Below, in pieces: positions 28,398-37,750 of a DNA stretch of 64,000 bases; position 1 is the stretch's first letter; each line of letters begins with the position of its first letter. Source of the DNA: an uncultured Pseudomonadota bacterium (lineage in GTDB: Bacteria; Oederibacteriota; Muellerivitia; Muellerivitales; Muellerivitaceae). The notes beneath the pieces are model-generated. The model ran no database searches. It had not been told where the DNA came from and saw only the letters and a program-made list of their open reading frames with translations. The stretch is from the NCBI GenBank assembly GCA_963836235.1, contig CAWIIP010000004.1, positions 672,001 to 736,000 of the forward strand, given 5' to 3'. A program made the position numbers and the translations under genes.

Positions 28398-30500
28398 ATG
28401 CGTTTAAACTATTTGTGCCCCATTCTGGCCGCTTTCCTATTTTTCTTGGGTATGGCGGTTAAGGCGGATGCCGAAACAGTGGAAAAAACCTTTAAGAATC
28501 CCATCCTGACGGGCTTTCATCCCGACCCGAGCATCTGCCGGGTGGGAGAGGATTTTTACCTGACCACCTCCACTTTCGAGTTTTTTCCCGGACTTCCGAT
28601 CTATCACAGCCGCGACCTAGTCCATTGGGAGCAGATCGGGAACGCCCTGGATCGCCTCAGCCAACTGCCTCTTCAAGGGGCTTCGGACCGGGGCGGCCTT
28701 TACGCCCCCACCCTTCGCTATTGGAAGGGGACCTTCTACCTGACCTGCGATAACGTCAGCGGCGGGGGAAATTTCATTGTGACGGCCAAGGACCCGGCGG
28801 GCCCCTGGTCGGAACCTATTTGGCTGAACGATTACGGGATTGACGGTTCTATATTTTTTGATGACGACGGAAAAATCTATTATCAACACGCCGGAGCCGA
28901 CAATGGGAACGGCATCGCGCAAGCGGAATTGGATCCTTCCACATTGAAGCTTAAAACACCCTTCAAGAAAATCTGGGAATACCCGGGCGAATGGAATGAG
29001 GGTCCGCACCTCTACAAGATCAAGGGTTTGTATTATCTCATCGCCGCCACGGGCGGAACCGAAAGCCATCATCAAGAAGTCGCGGCCATGGCCCAAAGCC
29101 CCTGGGGCCCTTTTGAGCCCTGCCCCCACAATCCCATCCTCACCGAACGGGATGATCCCCAAAGCCCCATCCAATGCGCCGGTCACGCCGATTTGATCGA
29201 CGCTTCCGATGGAACCTGGTGGTTGGTTTTCCTCGGCACCCGACCCACTAATGGGATGTCCGCGATCGGCCGAGAGACTTTCCTCTCGCCGGTCCGATGG
29301 ACCCAGGATGGCTGGCCGGTCGTGGGCAAGGACCATCATGTAGCCCTGGAAATGGAGGCGCCACAGTTGAAACCCTTCGCCGTGAAAGCCTCCAAGCCGA
29401 GGACCGCATTTACCGGCTCCCCACTGGGTCCCGAGTGGCTGTATGTTCGCAATTTTGACCCGAAAAATTTTTCGCTGACAGAACACAAGGGCTATCTCCG
29501 CATTCGGGCGGCCAAGGACGGTCTGAATACCCGGTTCGAGGACCCCGCTTTCGTGGGCCAGCGCCAAACCGACGTTCGCTTTAGCTCCCGGACCGCAATG
29601 AAATTCAGCCCCACGCAGGATGGGGAGGAGGCGGGACTTTGCGTCCGGGCCAACGAGGATAACCATTACGAGATAGGGTTGGAGCGGTTCGATGGTAAAA
29701 CCCAGATCTTTGTCCGAAACCGGATCAAGAACCGGGAATATAGGATTGTCGAAAAGCCGATTGAGCCAGGCAAGGTCCAATTAGAGATTTCCGGTACGGC
29801 AGACCGGTATCAATTCGCCTGGTCCGCCGACGGCAAGGACTGGCACAGTATCGCCGCATGCCCTTCCGCCGATCTTTCCCGTGAGAAGGCAGGTGGTTTT
29901 ACTGGAACGGTGATCGGTCTCTATGCCACGGCCAATGGCAAGGATTCCAAGGCTTGCGCGGACTTCGCCTGGTTTGAAATGCGCCCCGGCGTAGTCCCGA
30001 AGCCAGCACCCCTTTCGATCCGTCCCCCGCCGACACCCATGAATCCGTCGGACCATTGGCGCATTCGTACCGGCTGGGAAGAATTCCGGGACAAGGACGG
30101 TTTGTACTGGTCGTCGGATATCGGCTATTCCGATGGGGAAGTCGCCCGTTGCTGGAATAGTATCGCCGGGACCCAGATCCAGGAACTCTACCAATTCGAA
30201 CGCTTTGGCCGGGATTTCAGCTATACCCTTCCCGTAATACCAGGCAAGTACCAAGTTCGTCTCAGGTTCGCGGAGACCGGCGTGAAGAAGGAGGGCGATC
30301 GGGTATTTGATATCTTGATCAACGGTAAAAAAGTCTTCTCCCATTTCGACATCCTCAAAGAAGCCGGGGCGGCGGACAAAGCCATAGACCGTAGCTTCTC
30401 CGATATCCAACCCGACGCCCAAGGGATGATCGATATCCATTTCGTATCTTCGGTCCAGACTGCCAAGGTCTGCGCCATTGAGATCGCCAGGGAAAAATGA
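28398..30500 (+). CDS. GH43 beta-xylosidase/alpha-L-arabinofuranosidase + malectin domain (copy 2, tandem paralog)
   Basis: NPILTGFHPDPSICR, IDGSIF, NEGPHLYK, AGHADL, GGFTG; C-terminal LYQFER...LRFAE...RVFDI...AIEI. Confidence 0.9.
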   Translation: MRLNYLCPILAAFLFFLGMAVKADAETVEKTFKNPILTGFHPDPSICRVGEDFYLTTSTFEFFPGLPIYHSRDLVHWEQIGNALDRLSQLPLQGASDRGGLYAPTLRYWKGTFYLTCDNVSGGGNFIVTAKDPAGPWSEPIWLNDYGIDGSIFFDDDGKIYYQHAGADNGNGIAQAELDPSTLKLKTPFKKIWEYPGEWNEGPHLYKIKGLYYLIAATGGTESHHQEVAAMAQSPWGPFEPCPHNPILTERDDPQSPIQCAGHADLIDASDGTWWLVFLGTRPTNGMSAIGRETFLSPVRWTQDGWPVVGKDHHVALEMEAPQLKPFAVKASKPRTAFTGSPLGPEWLYVRNFDPKNFSLTEHKGYLRIRAAKDGLNTRFEDPAFVGQRQTDVRFSSRTAMKFSPTQDGEEAGLCVRANEDNHYEIGLERFDGKTQIFVRNRIKNREYRIVEKPIEPGKVQLEISGTADRYQFAWSADGKDWHSIAACPSADLSREKAGGFTGTVIGLYATANGKDSKACADFAWFEMRPGVVPKPAPLSIRPPPTPMNPSDHWRIRTGWEEFRDKDGLYWSSDIGYSDGEVARCWNSIAGTQIQELYQFERFGRDFSYTLPVIPGKYQVRLRFAETGVKKEGDRVFDILINGKKVFSHFDILKEAGAADKAIDRSFSDIQPDAQGMIDIHFVSSVQTAKVCAIEIAREK

Positions 30501-32728
30501 AAAATTTAAAAATATTTATTTTGATCTTCTGGTTTTGTGCGGGCGGAGTTTTCTCGGCCGGCCTGAAATGGGAGTCGTCAGCGACCAAAGCCAAGGTGGA
30601 CAAAAAGCTCGCCCAAGTGGAGGCGGTCATCCAAAAGGGCCCTTTCAAGGATGATTGGGACTCACTGAGGAATCACCCAATACCCGAGTGGTATCAGGAC
30701 GCCAAGTTTGGCATCTTCATGCATTGGGGCCTCTATTCGGTGCCTGGTTACGCCAATGAATGGTATTCCCGCAACATGTACCAAAAGGACCTGACCTGGG
30801 ACGACGCCTTCAAGCACCATGTGGCGACCTATGGGCCCCAGGATAAGTTCGGTTATAAGGATTTCATTCCGATGTTCAAGGCCGAGAAATTCAATCCGGA
30901 GCAATGGGCCGAATTGTTCAAAGAGGCCGGAGCCAAATACGTGGTGCCGGTAGCGGAGCATCATGACGGATTCGCCATGTATGATTCGGACTTCTCCCGC
31001 TGGACGGCCAAGAAGATGGGCCCGAAGAAGGACCTGATCGGCTTGGAAGCAAAAGCCTACCGAGCGGAGGGATTGGTATTCGGTTGTTCCTCCCATCGAG
31101 CCGAGCACTGGTGGTTTATGAGCGGTGGCACCAAGTTCCCCTCCGACGTTCAAGACCCCAAGTACGCTGATTTCTACGGCCCGGCTGCCGAGGATTACAG
31201 CAATCCTAGCGAGGATTATGTGCGGAACTGGCTGGCCCGCTCCTGTGAACTGGTGGACAAGTACCATCCTCAACTCGTTTATTTCGACTGGTGGATCGGG
31301 GAAACGCCCGCCTTTGAGCCCTATCTGAAAAAATTCGCCGCCTATTACTACGATAGGGCCGCGGAATGGGGTGAGGGCGTGGTTTTGAACACCAAGGACA
31401 AGGCTTTCGTCCCCCGTACCGCAGTGCAGGACGTCGAAAAGGGAAAGCTTCCCGGCATTAACCCTGTGGCATGGCAGACTGACACCTCGGTCAGCTGGAA
31501 ATCCTGGGCTTTTCTCAATGATGACCAGCTCAAGGACGCCGGATATTTGATCCGCACGCTGATTGATACCGTAAGCAAAAACGGCAACCTCCTTCTGGAT
31601 ATCGGCCCGGCCCCGGATGGGACGATCCCCGAGGGGCAGGAAAAGGTCCTTCGGGAAATGGGGGATTGGCTGAAGGTGAACGGCGAGGCCATTTACGGTA
31701 CTCGGCCCTGGATCGTGAACGGGGAAGGGCCCACTTCGGAAGGGGCGGGTAAAAACAGCGAAACGGATGTGAAGTACCAAGAAGGGGATGTACGCTTCAC
31801 CCGCAAGGGAAACACACTCTATATCCTTTCCATGGTGCCGCAGACAAAGACCTTCAAGGTCACCTTGCTGGGGAAGAAAGGCGCTCCAGGGGTTTCGATC
31901 AAGGACGTCACTCTTTTAGGCTCGGGCGAAAGCGTCAAATGGGTTCGGCATGATGATAGCCTCGAGCTTCCGGCTCCCGCGAAGGCGCTGGCGGAACCGA
32001 TTGTTTATAAGGCCGAATTAACAGGCGCTATTTTGGGGGACTTAAATATTGAAACGACCTCTTCTGGTTTCACGGCAAAGGCCGTAATCCAGAATTATGC
32101 CAATGTGGAAGAGGCGACGGAAGTTGCCTTGGAAGTCAACGGAGGCAAGATTTCGTCAAGATCGGTTACGGTTGAAGCCCTGTCTTCCTACGACTTTGAC
32201 CTGCCCTACGAAACTTCTAAAGCGGGCTTTTACCGGGTCACCCTTTTGGCACCGGGCCAGTCCGCTCTGTTGGGACAAGCCCTGTTGCCTGCCATTGACC
32301 TTTCGGGGGAATGGCTCTTCCAGAAGGGTGACGATCCTTCCTGGTCCAAAACGGATATGGACGATTCCTCTTGGGAAAAAGTGAAGCTCCCGGCCCATTG
32401 GGCCGACATTGGGTATACTTGCGAACATTGTTACGGCTGGTACCGCCGGAAGGTTTTCATTCCCGCCGAATGGAAAGGGCACTCGCTTGCGGTTCCCCTC
32501 GGCAAGATCGATGACATGGACGCTACTTATTGGAATGGGGTCAAGATAGGCCAGACCGGGGAATTCCCACCCAACTTCCAGGGCTTTTGGGACAAGCCCC
32601 GTAAATATGAAGTGCCGGAAGGGAATATCCGTTTCGGCCAAGATAATGTCATCGCCATTCGGGTTTATAACAATACGGGCGGCGCGGGGCTTTACGATGG
32701 GCCGTTGGGTCCGATAGAAGTAAAGTAA
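30497..32728 (+). CDS. GH29 alpha-L-fucosidase with C-terminal jelly-roll domain
   Basis: AKFGIFMHWGLYSVPG, VAEHHDGFAMY, LVYFDWW, SKNGNLLLDIGP, NGEAIYGTRPW; signal peptide. Confidence 0.92.
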   Translation: MKNLKIFILIFWFCAGGVFSAGLKWESSATKAKVDKKLAQVEAVIQKGPFKDDWDSLRNHPIPEWYQDAKFGIFMHWGLYSVPGYANEWYSRNMYQKDLTWDDAFKHHVATYGPQDKFGYKDFIPMFKAEKFNPEQWAELFKEAGAKYVVPVAEHHDGFAMYDSDFSRWTAKKMGPKKDLIGLEAKAYRAEGLVFGCSSHRAEHWWFMSGGTKFPSDVQDPKYADFYGPAAEDYSNPSEDYVRNWLARSCELVDKYHPQLVYFDWWIGETPAFEPYLKKFAAYYYDRAAEWGEGVVLNTKDKAFVPRTAVQDVEKGKLPGINPVAWQTDTSVSWKSWAFLNDDQLKDAGYLIRTLIDTVSKNGNLLLDIGPAPDGTIPEGQEKVLREMGDWLKVNGEAIYGTRPWIVNGEGPTSEGAGKNSETDVKYQEGDVRFTRKGNTLYILSMVPQTKTFKVTLLGKKGAPGVSIKDVTLLGSGESVKWVRHDDSLELPAPAKALAEPIVYKAELTGAILGDLNIETTSSGFTAKAVIQNYANVEEATEVALEVNGGKISSRSVTVEALSSYDFDLPYETSKAGFYRVTLLAPGQSALLGQALLPAIDLSGEWLFQKGDDPSWSKTDMDDSSWEKVKLPAHWADIGYTCEHCYGWYRRKVFIPAEWKGHSLAVPLGKIDDMDATYWNGVKIGQTGEFPPNFQGFWDKPRKYEVPEGNIRFGQDNVIAIRVYNNTGGAGLYDGPLGPIEVK

Positions 32729-32746
32729 AAGGAAAGGTGTGAAAAT

Positions 32747-33796
32747 ATGAAAAGTTTGAAAGTGTTAATTCTATTGGGCCTAGCTGGGGTCATGTCATTT
32801 GGATGCGCCGGGAACCCGCAGGAAAAGTATCCCATCAAGATCGGCCTTTCCATGGACACCCTTCGGGGTGACCGCTGGCCGCGAGACAGGGACATCTTTA
32901 CCCAAAAGTGCAACGAACTGGGCATGGGGGTTTTGGTGCAATCGGCGAATTCAGACGACTCCCTCCAGCTCACCCAGGCGGAGAATCTTATCTCCCAGGG
33001 CATTCAAGCCCTGGTCGTGGTCGCCCATAACGACAAGAGCTGCGCTACCATCGTGGAGGACGCCCATAAGGCGGGAATACCCGTCCTGGCCTATGACCGG
33101 CTCATCGCCAATTGCGATCTGGACCTTTACGTTTCTTTCGACAGCGTCAAGGTGGGCGAGATGATGGCCGACACCCTCACCAAGATCAAACCTAAGGGCA
33201 ATTACGTGTTGATGGGCGGGGCGCCAACCGACCACAACGCCATCCTGGTTCGGCAGGGACAAACGCAGGGATTGACCCCTTTCCTGAAGAGCGGTGCCAT
33301 CAAGATCGTGGGGGACCAGTGGTCCAACGATTGGCTGGCGGTGAACGCCTTGAAGAATATGGAAAATATCCTGACCAAGAACGACAACAAGGTGGACGCG
33401 GTGCTGGATTCCTATGACGGGACGGCCGGGGGCTCCATCCAGGCCCTGGCCGAACAGAAACTCGACGGGAAGGTGCTGGTGTCAGGGCAGGACGCCGAAT
33501 TGGCCGCTTGCCAGAGGATTGTGGCGGGAACCCAGACCATGACGGTCTATAAGCCGGTGCGGTTCCTGGCGGCGAAGGCGGCCGAAATGACCTTGAAGCT
33601 GGTCAAGAAAGAGCCTATTACTGAAACGACCGGCACAGTCGATAATGGAAAGATCAAGGTGCCGAGCGTGCTCCTGGACCCCATCCCGGTGACCAAGGAT
33701 AATCTGGTGGACACGGTCATCGCCGACGGGTTCCAAAAGATGGAAGATGTCTATAAGGGAGTTCCCCGAGACCAGTGGCCGAAAGCTTCTAAATAA
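32747..33796 (+). CDS. xylF: D-xylose ABC transporter substrate-binding lipoprotein
   Basis: Lipobox MSFGC; IGLSMDTLRGDRWPRDRDIF, AYDRLI, GGAPTDHNA, VSGQDAE, QTMTVYKP. Confidence 0.85.
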   Translation: MKSLKVLILLGLAGVMSFGCAGNPQEKYPIKIGLSMDTLRGDRWPRDRDIFTQKCNELGMGVLVQSANSDDSLQLTQAENLISQGIQALVVVAHNDKSCATIVEDAHKAGIPVLAYDRLIANCDLDLYVSFDSVKVGEMMADTLTKIKPKGNYVLMGGAPTDHNAILVRQGQTQGLTPFLKSGAIKIVGDQWSNDWLAVNALKNMENILTKNDNKVDAVLDSYDGTAGGSIQALAEQKLDGKVLVSGQDAELAACQRIVAGTQTMTVYKPVRFLAAKAAEMTLKLVKKEPITETTGTVDNGKIKVPSVLLDPIPVTKDNLVDTVIADGFQKMEDVYKGVPRDQWPKASK

Positions 33797-33842
33797 CCCG
33801 CCCGGATTTTTCGAACACCATTCCGGGTTATCCGGTGTGTCC

Positions 33843-34790
33843 ATGGTTAAAATAGCCACTTGTTTCCCCAGGATTTCTTTGTTGTTGTTGGTGACGGCCC
33901 TATTTGGCCAGGGTTTTCCGGCTCGCGCGCAAGGTTATAAGTGGGTCGCCCAGTGGGGCGGCAAGGGTGTTGGGAATGGGCAATTCGACTCGCCGATTGG
34001 GATAGCTTTAGACCGGTTGGGTAATGTCTATGTTTCGGATTTCGGAAATAACTGTGTACAGAAATTTACCGCCAATGGAAAATTCTTGTTGAAGTGGGGA
34101 AGTAAGGGTGAAGGGGACGGCCAATTCCAGAGGCCGTCGGGTTTGGCGGTGGACAAGGCGGCTATCGTTTATGTGGTGGACGCTGGAAATTGCCGCATCG
34201 AGAAGTTCGACAGCAGTGGGAATTTCATAGCTACGTGGGGAAAACGCGGAAACAGCATGGGCGATTTGGGCTATTACGACGTGGAACCTAAAAGTGTGGC
34301 CCTGGACGGAACAGGTAACGTTTACGTGGTAGATGGCCGTATCCAAAAATTTACTTCTGATGGAAAATTCCTGGCGTTATGGGGCACTTTCGCGAACTTC
34401 AACGGCAATACAAGCTATAATTTTACCGACGCTAAAAGCCTGGCGGCGGACGGCTCCGGCGATATTTACGCGGATGACGTCATGATTTCCAAATTTGGCC
34501 CTGATACTCATTACCTTGGGGAGTTCGGGGCCGTGGGAAAAGGTGAAGGGCAGTTCCGTCTCCCTTGGGGATTGGCGCTAGACGCCTTGGGAAATATTTA
34601 CGTGGCGGATACGGGAAACAACCGGATCCAAAAATTTGATTCCCATGGAAAGTTTTTATCGGCTTGGGGAAACTATGGCTCGGATAAAGGCCAGCTCCGT
34701 AACCCCTATGGCGTGACGGTGGATGATTCGGGGAATGTTTACGTCACGGATTTAGGCAACCACCGGGTCCAAAAATTCGCTCCTGAATGA
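33843..34790 (+). CDS. Secreted NHL-repeat beta-propeller protein
   Basis: Six repeats of G-x-G-x-GQF-x-x-P-x-G-x-A-x-D-x-x-GNVYV-x-D-x-GN-x-RIQKF; ATG 33843 starts a signal peptide. Confidence 0.9.
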   Translation: MVKIATCFPRISLLLLVTALFGQGFPARAQGYKWVAQWGGKGVGNGQFDSPIGIALDRLGNVYVSDFGNNCVQKFTANGKFLLKWGSKGEGDGQFQRPSGLAVDKAAIVYVVDAGNCRIEKFDSSGNFIATWGKRGNSMGDLGYYDVEPKSVALDGTGNVYVVDGRIQKFTSDGKFLALWGTFANFNGNTSYNFTDAKSLAADGSGDIYADDVMISKFGPDTHYLGEFGAVGKGEGQFRLPWGLALDALGNIYVADTGNNRIQKFDSHGKFLSAWGNYGSDKGQLRNPYGVTVDDSGNVYVTDLGNHRVQKFAPE

Positions 34791-34829
34791 GGAGCGGCGT
34801 AATAATCCTTTTGAAGAAATGAGTGAAAC

Positions 34830-35621
34830 ATGAAAAAATCCGTTCTCCCGCTGATATGCCTATTACTGGCTGTTGCTCCCGTCCAAGCCGATACCAGCAA
34901 ATCGACAACTGAGTTCCTCAAAAAATTAAATGGCTATTACTACTGTCTTTCCCGAGAAGGACTGAAGAGTTACCACTGCGATTTGAGCTGTTCCTTAACC
35001 CCCGACTCGGAAAAAAGCCTTCAGTCGAAAGGGATTTACGATGAAAAACTTTGGGAGGCCGCCAAGGGTTTCCGGTTCTCGGTGGACGACGTTAGCGGAC
35101 AGCCCATTTCCATTAAGGGCATTCAGCCCGCGAAAACAGGCGATCCGGGGCTAGACGCCAGGGTCGTCCAATTGGATCAAAATGTTTTAGAGGCCGTAAG
35201 GGCCTTTTCTCAATTTTGGAAAGCTTTCGTTGTGGAACCATTAAATGACCCGTCGGACTTGGAACAGGGAACTTTAAAGTTTCAAAGACTGGCCGAGGGA
35301 TTCAAGGTTTCCCAGCCCGATCCCTCGGGCGGGATGGTGGCCGTTACATTTGATAAGAAAGGGAAAATGACGGAATTTTCCATGGAGGGAAACGGGTCCA
35401 AGACCATTGTCAAGCCGGATTTTATTTATTCCTCGAAGGGCTATTTATTGGCGGGGATGATTTTTTCGGCAGCCGATGTCCAGCAGGAATGCAAATTGGA
35501 CTATGGGATCCAAGGCGTCTTCTGGATGCCAAAAGATTTGACCTTAATCGTCCAGCTTCCGGGAATGCCGGGCGCAGGTATCGAACTCTTTTTTAATTTT
35601 TCAGGTTATCAGGTTAATTAA
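34830..35621 (+). CDS. Secreted hypothetical protein
   Basis: Signal peptide MKKSVLPLICLLLAVAPVQA; beta-rich C-terminal half. Confidence 0.7.
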   Translation: MKKSVLPLICLLLAVAPVQADTSKSTTEFLKKLNGYYYCLSREGLKSYHCDLSCSLTPDSEKSLQSKGIYDEKLWEAAKGFRFSVDDVSGQPISIKGIQPAKTGDPGLDARVVQLDQNVLEAVRAFSQFWKAFVVEPLNDPSDLEQGTLKFQRLAEGFKVSQPDPSGGMVAVTFDKKGKMTEFSMEGNGSKTIVKPDFIYSSKGYLLAGMIFSAADVQQECKLDYGIQGVFWMPKDLTLIVQLPGMPGAGIELFFNFSGYQVN

Positions 35622-35835
35622 CCGCCGAAAACGAAGAATAAATGCTTTGGAAAATGGTTTTTCTCCCCCGATTTCCATTTTCGAGCGAAAAAGAAACCGA
35701 CATTTTGAGTTTGAATCGTTTTTACTTCGCTCTCCTTTTTTACCGAGAATTTTAAAATTGGAACTTTTATTCATATTTTTCCGTCAAAGAACTGGGAGCT
35801 GTAAAGCCCGAAATAAAATTTTTGAGGAGTTTTAC

Positions 35836-36039
35836 ATGAAGAAAGTTATTGCCGCTTTGATGACGGTGTTGTTCCTGGGTAGCGCCGGTTTGGTGTTGGC
35901 GCAAACGCCAGCCCCGGCTGCCGCTGCTCCGGCCGCCACTCCGATGCCGATGAAGAAGAAGCACAAAAAGAAGAAAAAGGCCATGATGGAAGCCACTCCA
36001 GTCGCCGCCGATGCTTCGACCACGCCTGCCGCTAAGTAA
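35836..36039 (+). CDS. Small secreted Ala/Pro/Lys-rich low-complexity protein
   Basis: GAGGAG RBS, ATG 35836, signal peptide ...LVLA, KKKHKKKKK patch, strong terminator downstream. Confidence 0.75.
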   Translation: MKKVIAALMTVLFLGSAGLVLAQTPAPAAAAPAATPMPMKKKHKKKKKAMMEATPVAADASTTPAAK

Positions 36040-36071
36040 GTTGGAATCCTCTCTTTAGGGGAGGAGGACTC

Positions 36072-36105
36072 AAGACCCCCGGACGAAAGTCCGGGGGTCT
36101 TTTTT
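36072..36105 (+). terminator. Rho-independent terminator
   Basis: AAGACCCCCGGAC-GAAA-GTCCGGGGGTCTT followed by a T run. Confidence 0.9.
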
Positions 36106-36137
36106 ATGTCCAGACCTTCTTGTGCTAAAATCCCCAC

Positions 36138-36722
36138 ATGCAAGACCCCGCCCGAACTGTTCTTTTCAATCCTGCGCAAATCCAACAAGCGGTCCATGGG
36201 ATAGCCGGGGATATCTCCGCTTGGATCAAAACGGCACCTTATAAATGTTTGAACTTGGTTTCGATCCTGGAAGGAGCAAGGCCCTTTACCCGCGATCTGA
36301 CGATTCATCTCAAAGAACTTATCCCGGAAACCGAAATTCTCATCCATGAGGTCCGTATCAGGGGTACGGAGGGAACCCGACTTTTGAAAGAAAGGCAATG
36401 GCAGGAGGGCGGACTTAATTCTGAATCCATCCAAAACTATCCGATTCTTCTTGTTGACGATTTGGTGGACTCGGGTCTGACCTTGAAATGGTTAAGATCG
36501 GAACTTCTAAGCTTGGGTACGAAAGAAATTAAAACGGCGGTTCTTCTGAGGAAGTTCGGCGAGGCCGGCGGCCAGGTGGACTTTTGCGGATTCGACTTGA
36601 ATCTCAACCGCGAAGCCTTGGCCGAAAAGGGACTAAAAGATTATTGGCTTTTTGGCTATGGGATGGACCTGAACGGTGAAAGTAGGGAACTGGATACGAT
36701 TGGGTGGGTAGAAATAAAGTAG
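36138..36722 (+). CDS. Type I phosphoribosyltransferase, hypoxanthine PRTase-like
   Basis: PRPP loop ILLVDDLVDSGLTL, KTAVLLRK, WLFGYGMD. Confidence 0.8.
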   Translation: MQDPARTVLFNPAQIQQAVHGIAGDISAWIKTAPYKCLNLVSILEGARPFTRDLTIHLKELIPETEILIHEVRIRGTEGTRLLKERQWQEGGLNSESIQNYPILLVDDLVDSGLTLKWLRSELLSLGTKEIKTAVLLRKFGEAGGQVDFCGFDLNLNREALAEKGLKDYWLFGYGMDLNGESRELDTIGWVEIK

Positions 36723-36725
36723 GAA

Positions 36726-37733
36726 TCAGAATAAATATTTCTTTGTGAGTTTTGTGAGAACCGGGGCCACCTCGTCCCGGATATGGGTGTTGGCGTAACC
36801 CACCCAATCCATACCCGTTGTCGTGTCCATAGGCCCGTCCAAGGGTTTACCCTGGGCGTCAGTCAGGATGATACCCGCTTCCATGCCCACCAAAGAAGCG
36901 GCCAGGTCATAAGGATGGCACACGTGGCCGGTTCTTTTTCCCTCCCGGCTCAATTTGGAATAAAGACTTTGGCGTAAATCGGCCGTGAAGCGGTCCTTGC
37001 CCGTCAAAAGCTCGTATAATTGCCCACCGGTGCTGAGGTATTGGTCATCGAAAGCGGCGATTTCCCCGTCCTTCAAGTTTGGAAAAAGTTCCTTTACCAT
37101 CTCCTCTTCCATGGCCGAAAGGATATCCTTGCCTGGATGCACGAAGCGGACGATTTGTCCGAATCCCCCGCGAATTGATGGCTCCTGGGTGGGAGAGGGC
37201 TTCCAATCTTGCTTGGTTCCGTCCAAGAGATTGCGTGTGAAGCCTTGGGTTCCGCCTCTCTGGATGGCCCATAGGGAGGTGCCTAAAAAGGCCCGGTCGG
37301 TGGGGATTTCGACCATCACGGCGGTCTGGATGGCCGCAAGGCGGGTGCCAGGACCTTGATTGGGGGCAGCCCCAGCTAGGAAAAAAGCCGAACGCTTGCC
37401 AACCATGATCTCCCGGGTGCCGTCGATGGGATCGACAATCAGTCGCCAGGCGGCCTTCGATTCGGGCATTCCTTCAGGAAAAACATTAACTTTATCCTCG
37501 TTCATCCCTTCGGCAATCAGCACGATTCCACCTAAGGCATCCGCTTCTTTTTTGAGGAACTCTCGGATCGTTTCTTCGGCATCTAGGTCGATTTGATAAA
37601 TGACGTCTGAAGCCGCTTTGCCGTGGATTTGGGAGCGGTCTTCGAAGGGCCGGGAAGCCAGGGCTTTTCGGACATCATCCCGGACTTTTTCACCTAGTTG
37701 TAGAAGAGGTTCAATAAGTACGATGGGGTTCAT
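36726..37733 (-). CDS. Inositol monophosphatase (FIG superfamily) protein
   Basis: LIAEG, LIVDPIDGTRE, HPYDLAA...EAG..LTDAQG. Confidence 0.82.
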   Translation of the reverse strand: MNPIVLIEPLLQLGEKVRDDVRKALASRPFEDRSQIHGKAASDVIYQIDLDAEETIREFLKKEADALGGIVLIAEGMNEDKVNVFPEGMPESKAAWRLIVDPIDGTREIMVGKRSAFFLAGAAPNQGPGTRLAAIQTAVMVEIPTDRAFLGTSLWAIQRGGTQGFTRNLLDGTKQDWKPSPTQEPSIRGGFGQIVRFVHPGKDILSAMEEEMVKELFPNLKDGEIAAFDDQYLSTGGQLYELLTGKDRFTADLRQSLYSKLSREGKRTGHVCHPYDLAASLVGMEAGIILTDAQGKPLDGPMDTTTGMDWVGYANTHIRDEVAPVLTKLTKKYLF

Positions 37734-37750
37734 ACGGGTGAAATGAAACC

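Noticed and set aside
26238-31780. Long minus-strand ORFs (334, 387, 219 and 372 aa)
   Set aside because: Antisense shadows of the GC-rich GH43 and GH29 genes
33793-33835. Overlapping inverted repeats after xylF as a regulatory switch
   Set aside because: Short stems and no U tract; at most an mRNA-stabilising hairpin
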